Positions 33,948 through 43,968 of a stretch of DNA of 64,000 nt are shown one piece after another; the stretch's first letter is position 1; each line of letters begins with the position of its first letter. The stretch spans positions 4,960,001 through 5,024,000 of the forward strand of contig OZ242005.1 of the NCBI GenBank assembly GCA_965204725.1, given 5' to 3'. Both the position numbers and the translations under genes were made by a program. The notes beneath the pieces were generated by a model. That model saw only the letters and a program-made list of their open reading frames with translations. It did not search any database and was not told the origin of the DNA. The stretch comes from Candidatus Latescibacterota bacterium (GTDB lineage Bacteria > Latescibacterota > UBA2968 > UBA8231).

Positions 33948-34613
33948 TTACCCTTCAAAAGCGAGTACGCGCAGCGGGATGGCGTCGGTAGCGGCGGCCG
34001 GCAGCGGCTGGGCGAAAAGGTAAACGCGCGGTTGTCGCAGGTCGCCCAAGCGGTCTAGGCTCTCGATGAGGGGAATGCCGTGTGCGAAGAGTAGGTGATG
34101 ATTGGGCAGGCTGCGGTCGCCCGGAATGTCTAAACCGGGGGAGTCGATGCCGACCAGCTTGACGCCGGCCTCGACGAGCCAGCGCAAGGCCGCGGTCGAA
34201 GGGTACGGTGGATAGGCTCCTGCGGTCGCCCGTTGATCCCAATCAAAGCGCAAGAGGGCGATGTCCCCCGGGCGGACGCCTCCACCCGGGTCGGCGGCCC
34301 GTTGGAATTGCGCTGGCGAAAGCGGCTCGCCCAGCGGCGCATTGCGAAAGTCGAAGACGATGGCCTCGCCGAAAAAGCACTCGACATCGAGATCGGCGAT
34401 GGCCGGGCCGCCTTGGACGGCGTGTAAAGGCCCCTCGACATGGGTGCCGGCGTGACCGCCCATTTCGAGGCTGGTGGTGATGTACCAGCGGTCGGTCGGC
34501 GGGTCGTCAACGGGAACGCGCTCCGTGCGGTAGTGGATGAGGCGACCTTCCGACGGAGCGATGATCCGCGAAAGATCGACCATGCGGCTGTAAGCAAACG
34601 AGGGGACCTTCAC
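33948..34613 (-). CDS. Cyclase family (kynurenine formamidase-like) metal hydrolase
   Basis: HAGTHVEGPLH, VGIDSP, HHLL…IPLIE. Confidence 0.88.
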   Translation of the reverse strand: MKVPSFAYSRMVDLSRIIAPSEGRLIHYRTERVPVDDPPTDRWYITTSLEMGGHAGTHVEGPLHAVQGGPAIADLDVECFFGEAIVFDFRNAPLGEPLSPAQFQRAADPGGGVRPGDIALLRFDWDQRATAGAYPPYPSTAALRWLVEAGVKLVGIDSPGLDIPGDRSLPNHHLLFAHGIPLIESLDRLGDLRQPRVYLFAQPLPAAATDAIPLRVLAFEG

Positions 34614-35389
34614 GCGATGGCCCGCTTGAGGGCGATGGCGGTCTCGCGGTCGTCGGGGTATGCGGGCAGCGCCCCGCTCAGCGTTACGCGCCCGTCGTAG
34701 CCGGATGCGCGCAAAGTATGCAGAAAGAGCGCGTGGTCGGCCGGCGTGGTCTGCGGCCGGCCGCGCCCCGGCTCGGCAATGTGGGCGTGGATCAGATGCG
34801 GCCCGGCTTCTTTGAGCGCGTCGAAGGATTCGCCGTTGAGCTTAATATGGAAGAAGTCGGCCATCAGCTTGGCGTGGGAACGGTTGACATCCGCTATGAA
34901 CTCGGTCGCTTCGGAGACGGTATTGAGCAGGTTGGCGTCGTCGCGGTTGTACGGCTCGAGCGCGACCTTGACGCCCCTCGGCTCGCCGAGGTCCGCGCAC
35001 AGGTGCAAGAAGTCGGCGACCTGTTGGCGCGCTCTGTTGCGGTCAAACCCGTCGGGCACCCAGCGCGAACCACCGCTCCCATAGCCGATGACCTCAACCC
35101 CGGCCCGCTGCATGCGGTCGAAGACCTGCGTCACAAAAGTACGCAGCCGGTCCAAGCTCACGTCGGGACCGACGACCATCCGCCCGCGCCCCTGCGGATC
35201 GGCAATAAAGCCGCACATCGTCTTCATCTGCAACGGGTGCTTTGCCAAAAGCGCTAGACACGTGCGCTCGGTCTGGGGATCGTCGGCATCGACGCCGAGC
35301 AGACCGGGAAAGCCTTCGAGATAGTCAAAGTCCCAGTCGGCAGACTCTTCAAGCTCGCGAAAATTGGTGACTAAGAGGCCGATCTGCAC
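34610..35389 (-). CDS. Sugar phosphate isomerase/epimerase family
   Basis: GSGGSR, ALEPYN, ADFFH, HAHIAEP; probable GTG at 35389. Confidence 0.85.
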   Translation of the reverse strand: MQIGLLVTNFRELEESADWDFDYLEGFPGLLGVDADDPQTERTCLALLAKHPLQMKTMCGFIADPQGRGRMVVGPDVSLDRLRTFVTQVFDRMQRAGVEVIGYGSGGSRWVPDGFDRNRARQQVADFLHLCADLGEPRGVKVALEPYNRDDANLLNTVSEATEFIADVNRSHAKLMADFFHIKLNGESFDALKEAGPHLIHAHIAEPGRGRPQTTPADHALFLHTLRASGYDGRVTLSGALPAYPDDRETAIALKRAIA

Positions 35390-35391
35390 GA

Positions 35392-36480
35392 TTATTGGTC
35401 TCTGATCCAGCTCATGCCCTCGCCGCGCACCAGAAAGGAACGCTCGTCCCAAGGGCCGGGCCGGGTGACGGGCATCCGGCCCTCCTCAACGGCGACGTCG
35501 AGCGGGTTGTCTCGGGTTTGCAGCGGCAGAACCACGCGCTCGTGCAGCCGAGCCGACTCATAGACGCCCATCATGATCTCGGTGGCGGCCTTGCCGTGCT
35601 CGGCCTTGCCATAGTAATCGTCGAAATGGCCCTCGATCCAGCGGCAAATTCCATAAGCTTGATGGACGAAGGCATTGCCGTAGCCGCTGGCCTTATCGTC
35701 GGGCGCGAAGTCCTGCCAGCCGTCGGAACGGGCCGTCATATAGCGCAGGCTGTTGTCGCTGACGACCATCATGCCGTCTTCGCCGTAGATGGTAGCACCC
35801 ACCTGATAAATATCGTTCATCTCGTTTTCGATCACGCCCTTGACCCCTTCGGGATAGCCGATGATTCCCACGCAGCGGTCTTCGACCCGGTGCCCGAAGA
35901 CGAAGTGGTCCGTGTGGCGCTCAACCGCGCCCATGACCCACTCGGCCTGCGGGTCGCCGAGGGCGTAGAGCTGGAAGTCGATACAGTGGGTGCCGGTGTT
36001 CATCATCCCGGCTTTGACCGCCGACCACAGCCGTTGCGGTTTGCCGAGGGCTCCGTCGGCGATCATTCGCCGCGCCTCGCGCCAAGAAGAGTAAAAGCGG
36101 CGCTGGTGGCCGATGGCTAGCTTGACGTGGTTGCGCTCTGCGGCGATGACCATGGCCTCGGCCTCGCCCAAGGAGACGGCCATGGGCTTTTCGCAGAGTA
36201 CGGCTTTGGGCCGGTGGGAGCAGGCGGCGATGGACATTTCCGCATGCTGGGGATCCCAAGAGCAGACGCTGACGATGTCGAGGTTTTCCTCGTCGAGCAT
36301 CTCCCGGTAGTCGAGGTACTGTTTTGCGACGGCGAAATCCGCGGCGTAGCTGGCCAAGGCCTCGGGGTGCGAGTCGGCACAGGCGACGATTTCCGTGTGC
36401 TCGCACTCGGCCCAACCGCGACCGTGCTCGCGGGCAATGCGGCCCGAGGCGATGACGCCAACGCGGTATTTGGCAGGCAC
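35392..36480 (-). CDS. Gfo/Idh/MocA family oxidoreductase
   Basis: LCEKPMA, GHQRRF, GTHCID. Confidence 0.9.
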   Translation of the reverse strand: MPAKYRVGVIASGRIAREHGRGWAECEHTEIVACADSHPEALASYAADFAVAKQYLDYREMLDEENLDIVSVCSWDPQHAEMSIAACSHRPKAVLCEKPMAVSLGEAEAMVIAAERNHVKLAIGHQRRFYSSWREARRMIADGALGKPQRLWSAVKAGMMNTGTHCIDFQLYALGDPQAEWVMGAVERHTDHFVFGHRVEDRCVGIIGYPEGVKGVIENEMNDIYQVGATIYGEDGMMVVSDNSLRYMTARSDGWQDFAPDDKASGYGNAFVHQAYGICRWIEGHFDDYYGKAEHGKAATEIMMGVYESARLHERVVLPLQTRDNPLDVAVEEGRMPVTRPGPWDERSFLVRGEGMSWIRDQ

Positions 36481-36482
36481 GG

Positions 36483-37397
36483 CTACTTGGCGTCGCCTAG
36501 GTGCATCAGCGGCAGCGGTGCCGGGCTGGTGCCATCGATAAAATAGACCTTGGCGGCCGGGTCTTTAGAGATGGCTTCGAGAGACTTGAGCGCTTGGAGC
36601 TTGACGTAGTTGGGGTTGCGGCCGATGGCCTCGTTGATCTTGGTGATTTCGTAGGCTTGGGCGTCGGCGAGCAGGCGGCGCTTTTCGGCTTCGGCTTCGG
36701 CCGCGTCCTTTTCGGCTTTGGCAAGGGCGACCTTCTGCTTCTGCTCAGTGGTGAAGCGCTCCAGCTCGGCCTTTTGCTTTTCGACTTCCTGCTCGCGCTC
36801 TTTTTTGGCCTCAATGGCCTTGGTGATAAAGGGCGGCAGCGAGATGTCGCGGATCAACACGGCCTCTACATCAACCCCTTTGGGCAGGAGGTAATCCTTC
36901 AGCCCTTCGAGCAGGGCTATCTGCAACGTGGACTGGGTCGCTTCCAAAAAGAAGTCCTCGGCGCGCTTGATGGTCTTGCCTTGCTCGCGGATTAGCGAGC
37001 GCAACTTGGGCACGATGTGGACGGCGCGCACGTTTTCAATGCCGCCCGTCTCTTGTAAGATGCGCGGCGCGTCGGCGGACACGAGGCGGTACTGGACGCT
37101 GACGTCGATCTTGGTCTGCAGCTGGTCTTGGCTGGGGACGTTGGAGGTTTCGGAATGCGTCTTTTGGCGCACGTCGAAGAGGTGCCATTCGTAGAGGGGG
37201 TTGGTCGGGATGTGCAGGCCCTCGGAGAACGACTTGGACTGGACTTCGCCGAAGAGGGTCGCGACGCCCACGTGACCAGCCGGGACGCTTTGGTAGAAGC
37301 GCGGGCTGATGAGGAATAGGACGAAGATGGCGGCGATGATGCCGAGGATAGACTTAGGTAGCTGGATCATGCGAGGCCTCCTTAGGGGCTGGGACAT
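36483..37397 (-). CDS. SPFH/prohibitin family membrane protein
   Basis: TM helix, VPAGHVGV…FGEV…EGLH, DVSVQY, AIEAK, AEA coiled coil. Confidence 0.9.
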   Translation of the reverse strand: MSQPLRRPRMIQLPKSILGIIAAIFVLFLISPRFYQSVPAGHVGVATLFGEVQSKSFSEGLHIPTNPLYEWHLFDVRQKTHSETSNVPSQDQLQTKIDVSVQYRLVSADAPRILQETGGIENVRAVHIVPKLRSLIREQGKTIKRAEDFFLEATQSTLQIALLEGLKDYLLPKGVDVEAVLIRDISLPPFITKAIEAKKEREQEVEKQKAELERFTTEQKQKVALAKAEKDAAEAEAEKRRLLADAQAYEITKINEAIGRNPNYVKLQALKSLEAISKDPAAKVYFIDGTSPAPLPLMHLGDAK

Positions 37398-37596
37398 TCT
37401 TCCTGCCTTTGATTGGGATTGGGAAATTGATCACCTAGAAAGTAAATCCTCGGCCTGAAAATGTCCATTAAGGCCCCCAAACCCAAGCGGCGGCCCAGCG
37501 TCTTGAGTGGGGGCCGTGTAGGTTTGTGCCCATGCAGGATTCGATCTACTATACGGCGATACAGTTCGGAATCGAAGGACGAGAAAGGAGCAGCAG

Positions 37597-39060
37597 ATGC
37601 GCGTAGCAATCGGCGGCATTTCCCACGAGAGCAGTACCTTCACCAACGTAGCCACCACGTTGGACAGTTTCCGGGAGCGCAGCTATCTCCACGGAGCGGA
37701 AATTGTCGAGCGTTTTACCGGGGTCAATACGCCCATCGGCGGCTTTATCGAAGGGGCCGAGGCGCACGGCTTTGCAGTCGTGCCGACGATTTTGGCCGAA
37801 GCCCATCCCAGTGCTCCGACGCCTCGTCCTATTTTCAATAGGCTCGTAGGCGAGTTGCTCAACGGCATTGAGGCGGCGGGTGCGATCGACGGGGTTTTAT
37901 TGGAATTGCACGGGGCCATGGTGGCCGAGGGCATTGACGACGCCGACGGGCATATCCTAGCGGCCGTGCGCCGGTTGGTAGGCCCGGATATGCCCATTGT
38001 CGGGCAACTGGACATCCACTCCAATGTCTCTCGCGGCATGATCGAAGCCGCCGATGTCCTGATTGGGCGGGAGACCTATCCAGAGGTCGATATGGCGCCG
38101 AGGGGCCGCGAGTGCGCCGATGTGCTCGTGCGTATAGTGCGGGAGGGCCTGCGGCCGACCATGGCCTTGCACCAACTGCCCCTAGTCTGGGGCATGAACC
38201 AAGTGACGGCCCATCCGCCCATGCGCCAAGCCATCGAATACCTGCACCAGATTGAGGCGCGTCCCGGCGTCGTCTGCGGCTCCATAGCCACTTGCTTCCC
38301 ATTGGCCGACATTCCCGATATGGGTGCCTCCGTGTACGTGACCACCGACAACGACCCCGTCCTAGCCCAATCCTGCGCCGACGAGTTGGCCGCTTGGATC
38401 TGGGAGCGTCGGGCCGATTGGCAGGCGGCCATGCCCGCTACCGCAGAAGCACTGCAAGAGGCCGACAGGACGGGGCGTTACCCGGTGGTTTTGGCCGACC
38501 GCAACGACAATACCGGCGGCGGGTCGCCCGGCGACAGCACGGGACTGTTGCGGGCTTTTTTGGCGGCTGACCTGCAAGACGCCTGCGTCCTGTACATCGT
38601 CGATCCCGAAGCGATCGCCGCTTGCCACGAGGCGGGCGTTGGCGCGGTGCTCAATTTAGAGGTGGGCGGCAAGTCGTCCCCATTGCAAGGCGAGCCGTGC
38701 TCCATGCGGGCCGAGGTGGTGGCCTTGACCGACGGCCCCTTTCGCTACGACGGGCCTATGTACGCCGGCCTAGACGGCAACATGGGCCTTTCGTCCCACA
38801 TCCGCGCGGGCGGGGTACACGTGCTGTTGGTGAACAAGCGCGAGCAACCGTTTTGCACGGCGTTTTCCCGCACCTTGGGTTTGGACCCTAGGCAGATGCG
38901 CTATGTCGGCGTCAAGTCTGCGGCCCACTTCCGCGCTGGTTTTGAGCCGTGGGCTGGCCAGATTCAGGTGGTTTCCGAGCCGTCGGTCCACGCGCCGGCC
39001 GAGGGCAAGCTGGCCTTTAAGCGGCTGGGCCGCAAACTCTACCCCTTTGACGACATTTAG
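37597..39060 (+). CDS. M81 family metallopeptidase (MlrC-like)
   Basis: HESSTF, LHGAMV, LDIHSN, TYPEVD, DNTGGG, KSAAHFRA. Confidence 0.92.
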   Translation: MRVAIGGISHESSTFTNVATTLDSFRERSYLHGAEIVERFTGVNTPIGGFIEGAEAHGFAVVPTILAEAHPSAPTPRPIFNRLVGELLNGIEAAGAIDGVLLELHGAMVAEGIDDADGHILAAVRRLVGPDMPIVGQLDIHSNVSRGMIEAADVLIGRETYPEVDMAPRGRECADVLVRIVREGLRPTMALHQLPLVWGMNQVTAHPPMRQAIEYLHQIEARPGVVCGSIATCFPLADIPDMGASVYVTTDNDPVLAQSCADELAAWIWERRADWQAAMPATAEALQEADRTGRYPVVLADRNDNTGGGSPGDSTGLLRAFLAADLQDACVLYIVDPEAIAACHEAGVGAVLNLEVGGKSSPLQGEPCSMRAEVVALTDGPFRYDGPMYAGLDGNMGLSSHIRAGGVHVLLVNKREQPFCTAFSRTLGLDPRQMRYVGVKSAAHFRAGFEPWAGQIQVVSEPSVHAPAEGKLAFKRLGRKLYPFDDI

Positions 39061-39165
39061 CGATTTAGGCACTTGGGCTGCGGTGCAGGTGGAGCTCGCC
39101 CAGCACCGGCCCCACTTGGTCGCTTGGATGGAAGTGCCCCGGTGACGTCCAACCCATGTCCTAAG

Positions 39166-39741
39166 CTACGGGTAGGCGACCGGCCAATTCAGTTGCGCTA
39201 GGATCCGCTGCCAGCGTTCCTTGACGTCTTGACCGTCAGTCCAAGGTACGAACCCCAACTTCAGGTAGGATTTGAGTGCTGCCAATCTGAAGTCTTCGGT
39301 GTGGAGATGGATGAGACGGTACCCGGCATCGACAAATCGCCTCACCACCTGCGCCGAGACTGCCATTCCCAATCCGCGACCGGAGTGATCTGGGTCGGCG
39401 ACCAGCCATCCGAGTTCGCCCCAGAATGGATAAGTGCCCTTGTAGTTGTGCAGTGCCATAGCAGAGGCAACGATCACACCGCTCGCCTCGTGCAGCACCA
39501 TGAACCAGCCGTCTGGAAGAATCCGGTTCAGCGAGTACGAGAGCCGCTCGTCGTTCCATCCCTCCCAGCCGACCAGTTCCATCAACTGGTAAAAGCGAGA
39601 CTCATCGCCCGGCCGATAGGTGCGAATCGCGTAGCCGGTTGCCAGAGACCGCTCCGGCAGCGCATGGAGCCGAGACTCCGGCCACACCATGCGTAATTGC
39701 TTCACGTCGTTAGAATGCACTTGGTTGTCCTTTCTTCCCAC
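39166..39741 (-). CDS. GNAT family acetyltransferase
   Basis: ADPDHSGRGLG motif A, ALKSYLKLGF. Confidence 0.85.
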   Translation of the reverse strand: MGRKDNQVHSNDVKQLRMVWPESRLHALPERSLATGYAIRTYRPGDESRFYQLMELVGWEGWNDERLSYSLNRILPDGWFMVLHEASGVIVASAMALHNYKGTYPFWGELGWLVADPDHSGRGLGMAVSAQVVRRFVDAGYRLIHLHTEDFRLAALKSYLKLGFVPWTDGQDVKERWQRILAQLNWPVAYP

Positions 39742-39837
39742 CGCGATCTGTACGTATAGGCGAAATAGCGGAGATGCTCAAGCCCTTGAGAGTTCCGAGG
39801 TTGACACGATCACCTTACGGCTCGTTTCTACAAGCCC

Positions 39838-41217
39838 ATGCTTCTGACGATTTCGACGACGCATCAACCCGCTACGAGCTTGGGCTATCTCCTGCACAAG
39901 CACCCAAGCCGCGCCCAAGCCTTTGAGTTGCCCTTTGGGACTGCGCACGTCTTCTATCCCGAAGCCTCGCCTGAGCGATGCACGGCCGCGTTGCTCCTCG
40001 ACGTCGATCCAACCGCACTCAAGCGGCGCGCGGCGTCCTCCGACTTTGCGCTGGCGTCTTATGTCAACGACCGCCCCTACGCGGCTTCCTCTTTTATCAG
40101 CGTAGCCATTGCCCGAGTGTTTACCTCGGCCTTGAACGGACAGTGCCGCGAACGGGCCGAGCTCGTAGAAAAGGCCCTGCCGCTGCGAGTGAGCGTTAGT
40201 GCCCTGCCCTGCCGGGGGGGCGAGGGCTTGCTGCGCGGCCTCTTTGAGCCGTTGGGCTATGCGGTGGAGGCTAGGGATTCCTTGCTCGACGAGCATTTTC
40301 CAGAATGGGGCAAAAGCCCCTATTACGAGGTCGAGCTACAGTGCGTCCGGCCATTAAAAGAAGTGCTGGCGCATCTATACGTGCTAATACCGGTGCTCGA
40401 CGACGGGAAGCACTACTACGTGAGCGAGGAGGAGATCGACAAGTTGATGAGGCGAGGCGGGCAGTGGCTGGCTGGCCACCCCCTGCGCGATGTCGTTGTC
40501 GAGCGCTACCTAAAGCACCAGCGAGGGCTCAAGCAGGCCGCGCTGTCGCGGCTTTTGGCCGAAGAAGTCGGGGAGGCCGAAAACCACGCCGGCGAAGAGG
40601 CTCTCGAAGTGGAGTTGAGCCTGAACCAGCAGCGGTTGGCCGCCGTGGTTGAGGAGTTCAAGGCGAGCGGTGCCCGGCGGGTGCTGGACCTCGGCTGTGG
40701 AGAGGGGCGACTGCTCGCGCTGCTGGCGGCGGAAGCGCAGTTTGCCGAAGTGGCGGGCATGGATGTATCGCCGCAAGCCCTAGCGCGTGCTCGTCAGCGG
40801 CTAGCAAGGCTGCCACGCGGCGAACAGGTCGCGGTTTTCCAAGGGTCGCTGACCTATCGCGACGCTCGGTTGAGCGGGTACGACGCCGCAGCACTGGTGG
40901 AGGTCGTCGAGCATTTGGATCCGCCCCAGTTGCGGGCCGGCGAGCGGGCCGTGTTCGAGTTCGCCCGGCCGGATACGGTCGTGATAACCACCCCCAACGC
41001 CGAATACAATGCCCATTGGGCCGCGCTGCCGGCCGGCGCCTTCCGCCATCCCGATCACCGCTTTGAGTGGCGGCGGGCGGAATTGGGGGCGTGGGCAGAG
41101 CAGGTGGGCAAACGCTATGGATATGCCGTGCGCGTCGCGCCCGTTGGCCCAGAGGACCCGGAGCTAGGCGCACCAACGCAGATGGCGATTTTCTCTGCGG
41201 AGGCCCGAAGTGGCTGA
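39838..41217 (+). CDS. hen1: 3'-terminal RNA ribose 2'-O-methyltransferase Hen1
   Basis: MLLTISTT…LGYLLHKHP, YVNDRPY, LDLGCGEG, EVVEHL, RHPDHRFEW. Confidence 0.95.
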   Translation: MLLTISTTHQPATSLGYLLHKHPSRAQAFELPFGTAHVFYPEASPERCTAALLLDVDPTALKRRAASSDFALASYVNDRPYAASSFISVAIARVFTSALNGQCRERAELVEKALPLRVSVSALPCRGGEGLLRGLFEPLGYAVEARDSLLDEHFPEWGKSPYYEVELQCVRPLKEVLAHLYVLIPVLDDGKHYYVSEEEIDKLMRRGGQWLAGHPLRDVVVERYLKHQRGLKQAALSRLLAEEVGEAENHAGEEALEVELSLNQQRLAAVVEEFKASGARRVLDLGCGEGRLLALLAAEAQFAEVAGMDVSPQALARARQRLARLPRGEQVAVFQGSLTYRDARLSGYDAAALVEVVEHLDPPQLRAGERAVFEFARPDTVVITTPNAEYNAHWAALPAGAFRHPDHRFEWRRAELGAWAEQVGKRYGYAVRVAPVGPEDPELGAPTQMAIFSAEARSG

Positions 41218-43735
41218 CGAGAAAATCCGCCTCTCCATACCCGACCTCTCGCTGGTCGTGCTAATCGGCGTCTCTAGCGCGGGCAAATCGACCTTTGCCC
41301 GCGCGCACTTCCCCCCGACCCAAGTGCTTTCCGCAGACTTTTTTCGCGGGCTGGTCTCAGACGACGAAAACAGCCTAGAGGCCACAGACGATGCGTTCGC
41401 CGCCCTGCACTTTGTCGCCGCCCGCCGCTTGGCGCGGGGCCTTTTGACCGTGATCGATGCGACCAACGTCCAGCCCGAGGCGCGCAAGCCGCTGGTAGAA
41501 CTGGCCAAGCGCTATCACGCCCAGCCGGTGGCCATCGTCTTCGACCTCCCCCGAGCACTCTGCGAGGAGCGTGCGGCCGAGCGCACAGACCGCGACCTGC
41601 CCCCCCACGTGATCCCGCGGCAACACCGCCAGTTGCGCCGCGGCCTCAAGGGCCTCAAGCGCGAGGGCTTTCGCCGCTCCTTTGCCCTGCGCTCGCCCGC
41701 AGACGTGGCGCGGGCCGAAGTGGTGCGGGAGAAGCTGTGGCCCGACCGCCGCGAGGAGCGCGGTCCGTTTGACATCATCGGCGATGTACACGGATGCTAC
41801 GCCGAGCTCAGAGCGTTGCTCGCCCGGCTGGGGTATCGCATCTCAGGGGAAAAGGTCGAGCCGCCGCCGGGGCGCAAGGCCGTCTTTGTCGGCGATTTGG
41901 TGGACCGAGGGCCTAATGCCCCCGGCGTCCTCGCGCTGGTCATGCGCATGGTAGCGTCGGGCGCAGCCCTGTGCGTCCCGGGCAACCACGATGCGCGTTT
42001 GGTCCGGGCCTTGCAAGGCCGAAAGGTCCAACGCACTCACGGCCTCGAAGAGACGCTGGCCCAACTCGCCGGCGAGCCGCCTGAGTTCAAGAAAAAAGTC
42101 GAGGCTTTTCTCGGCGGCCTAGTCAGCCACTATGTCCTCGACCAAGGGGCGCTGGTGGTCGCGCACGCCGGCATGAAGGAGGAGATGGCCGGTCGCGCCT
42201 CTGGGGCCGTGCGCTCCTTTGCCCTGTACGGGGACGCGACGGGCGAGCAGGACGAATTTGGTCTGCCGGTGCGCCGCGACTGGGCGGCCGAATATCGGGG
42301 CCGCGCCCGCGTCGTCTATGGACACACCCCGGTGGCGCGGCCGGAGTGGGTCAACAACGCGATCAACATCGACACCGGCTGTGTCTTTGGCGGCGAGCTA
42401 ACGGCGCTGCGCTATCCCGAGCTGGAGCTCGTATCCGTCCCGTCCGAAGCCCAGTACGCCGACCCGGTCCGCCCCTTGGCGGCGCAACAGACCCGCGACG
42501 ATGTGCTTGACTTAGCGGATGTAGCCGGAGGCCAGCGCGTGGAGACGCGGTTGATGGGCCGAGTTACCATCCATGCGGAGCGGGCGGCTGCGGCCCTAGA
42601 AGTGATGAGCCGCTTTGCCGTTGATCCCCGGTGGTTGGTCTATCTGCCGCCAACGATGGCCCCGCCCCAAACCAGTGCCCGCCCCGACTTGCTCGAACAC
42701 CCGGACGAGGTCTTGGCGTACTATCGCCGCAGCGGTGTGCGCGAGCTCGTGTGCGAGGAGAAGCAGATGGGGTCGCGGGCCGTGCTGGTCGTCTGCCGCA
42801 ACCCGGCGGCCGCGCAGCGGTGCTTTGGCATAGAGGACGGCCGCGCCGGCATCTGCTACACGCGCACGGGCCGCCGCTTCTTTGCGGACGCGGGTTTGGA
42901 AGCAAAGCTCTTGGACCACGTGCGCCGGGCCTTTGAGCGCAGCGAGCTGTGGAGTGCGCTGGCGACGGACTGGGCCATACTCGACGCCGAGATCATGCCT
43001 TGGTCGGCCAAGGCGCAACCGCTGCTCAAAGATCAGTACGCAGCCGTAGGCGCGGCCGCGCGGATGTCGCTGGCAGCGGCCGTGAGTGCGCTGGAGCAGG
43101 CGGCCGAGCGGGGCATGGCCGTAGGCGATCTATTGAGCCGGTGCCGCGCCCGGGCCGAATCCGTGGCCCACTACGCCGCGGCCTATCGCCCTTATTGTTG
43201 GCCCGTGCGCTCGCTCGAAGATCTCAAATTGGCTCCCTTTCATCTCTTGGCCACGGAGGGGCAAGTCCACGTCAACCAAACCCATGCATGGCACTTGGAG
43301 ACCTTGGACCAGCTCTGCGCGGCCGGGCCGGGTTTGCTGAGTGCGATAGATCGCCGGCGCGTGGTTTTAGACGATGGGCACAGCAGCAGCGAAGCCATCC
43401 GGTGGTGGGAGGAACGAACCGCCAGCGGCAGCGAGGGATTCGTCGCCAAGCCCTTGGACTTCGTTTGCACCGACGGGCGCGGCCTCGTCCAGCCGGCGCT
43501 CAAGTGCCGGGGCCGTGCGTACCTGCGGCTGATCTACGGCCCTGAGTACGCGGAGTGCCTAGAGCTTTTGCGCCACCGCAACCTCAAGGGCAAGCACGCA
43601 TTGGCATTGCGGGAATTCGCGCTGGGGGTGGAGGGCTTGGAGCGGTTTGTCGCCGGGCAGCCCTTGCGTCGAGTCCACGAATGCGTCTTTGGGGTCTTGG
43701 CGTTGGAAAGTGAGCCGGTTGATCCGCGGCTGTGA
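41210..43735 (+). CDS. pnkp: Polynucleotide kinase-phosphatase-ligase Pnkp
   Basis: GVSSAGKST kinase, GDVHG/GDLVDRG/GNHD phosphatase, CEEKQMGSR ligase motif I, C-terminal ESEPVDPRL. Confidence 0.95.
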   Translation: MADEKIRLSIPDLSLVVLIGVSSAGKSTFARAHFPPTQVLSADFFRGLVSDDENSLEATDDAFAALHFVAARRLARGLLTVIDATNVQPEARKPLVELAKRYHAQPVAIVFDLPRALCEERAAERTDRDLPPHVIPRQHRQLRRGLKGLKREGFRRSFALRSPADVARAEVVREKLWPDRREERGPFDIIGDVHGCYAELRALLARLGYRISGEKVEPPPGRKAVFVGDLVDRGPNAPGVLALVMRMVASGAALCVPGNHDARLVRALQGRKVQRTHGLEETLAQLAGEPPEFKKKVEAFLGGLVSHYVLDQGALVVAHAGMKEEMAGRASGAVRSFALYGDATGEQDEFGLPVRRDWAAEYRGRARVVYGHTPVARPEWVNNAINIDTGCVFGGELTALRYPELELVSVPSEAQYADPVRPLAAQQTRDDVLDLADVAGGQRVETRLMGRVTIHAERAAAALEVMSRFAVDPRWLVYLPPTMAPPQTSARPDLLEHPDEVLAYYRRSGVRELVCEEKQMGSRAVLVVCRNPAAAQRCFGIEDGRAGICYTRTGRRFFADAGLEAKLLDHVRRAFERSELWSALATDWAILDAEIMPWSAKAQPLLKDQYAAVGAAARMSLAAAVSALEQAAERGMAVGDLLSRCRARAESVAHYAAAYRPYCWPVRSLEDLKLAPFHLLATEGQVHVNQTHAWHLETLDQLCAAGPGLLSAIDRRRVVLDDGHSSSEAIRWWEERTASGSEGFVAKPLDFVCTDGRGLVQPALKCRGRAYLRLIYGPEYAECLELLRHRNLKGKHALALREFALGVEGLERFVAGQPLRRVHECVFGVLALESEPVDPRL

Positions 43736-43847
43736 CTGGCCCAAAACCACCCGATTGGCCCGGCTGTAACCATCGCCCAACCAGCAACTTGACGCTCTGG
43801 GGATGCCTCATACCTTACTACACGACACCAGCCGCTATCCTTACCAA

Positions 43848-43894
43848 GGATCGAGGGCATCTTGCCCTCGTCGAGGGCGGGACGCCCTCGATCC
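43848..43894. repeat. REP-like double palindrome, copy 2
   Basis: GGATCGAGGGCATCTTGCCCTCG-TCGAGGGCGGGACGCCCTCGATCC. Confidence 0.8.
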
Positions 43895-43968
43895 CGGATT
43901 CATCGGGAGCACCAGAAAATGCGGACGTAAAGCAGGTGTCGTGTACTCACCTCGCCGGAGGGCATAAC

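Noticed and set aside
43732-43968. N-terminal extension of NfuA predicted by the ORF track
   Set aside because: It runs through the REP palindrome; the real start is probably GTG 43969 after GGAGG
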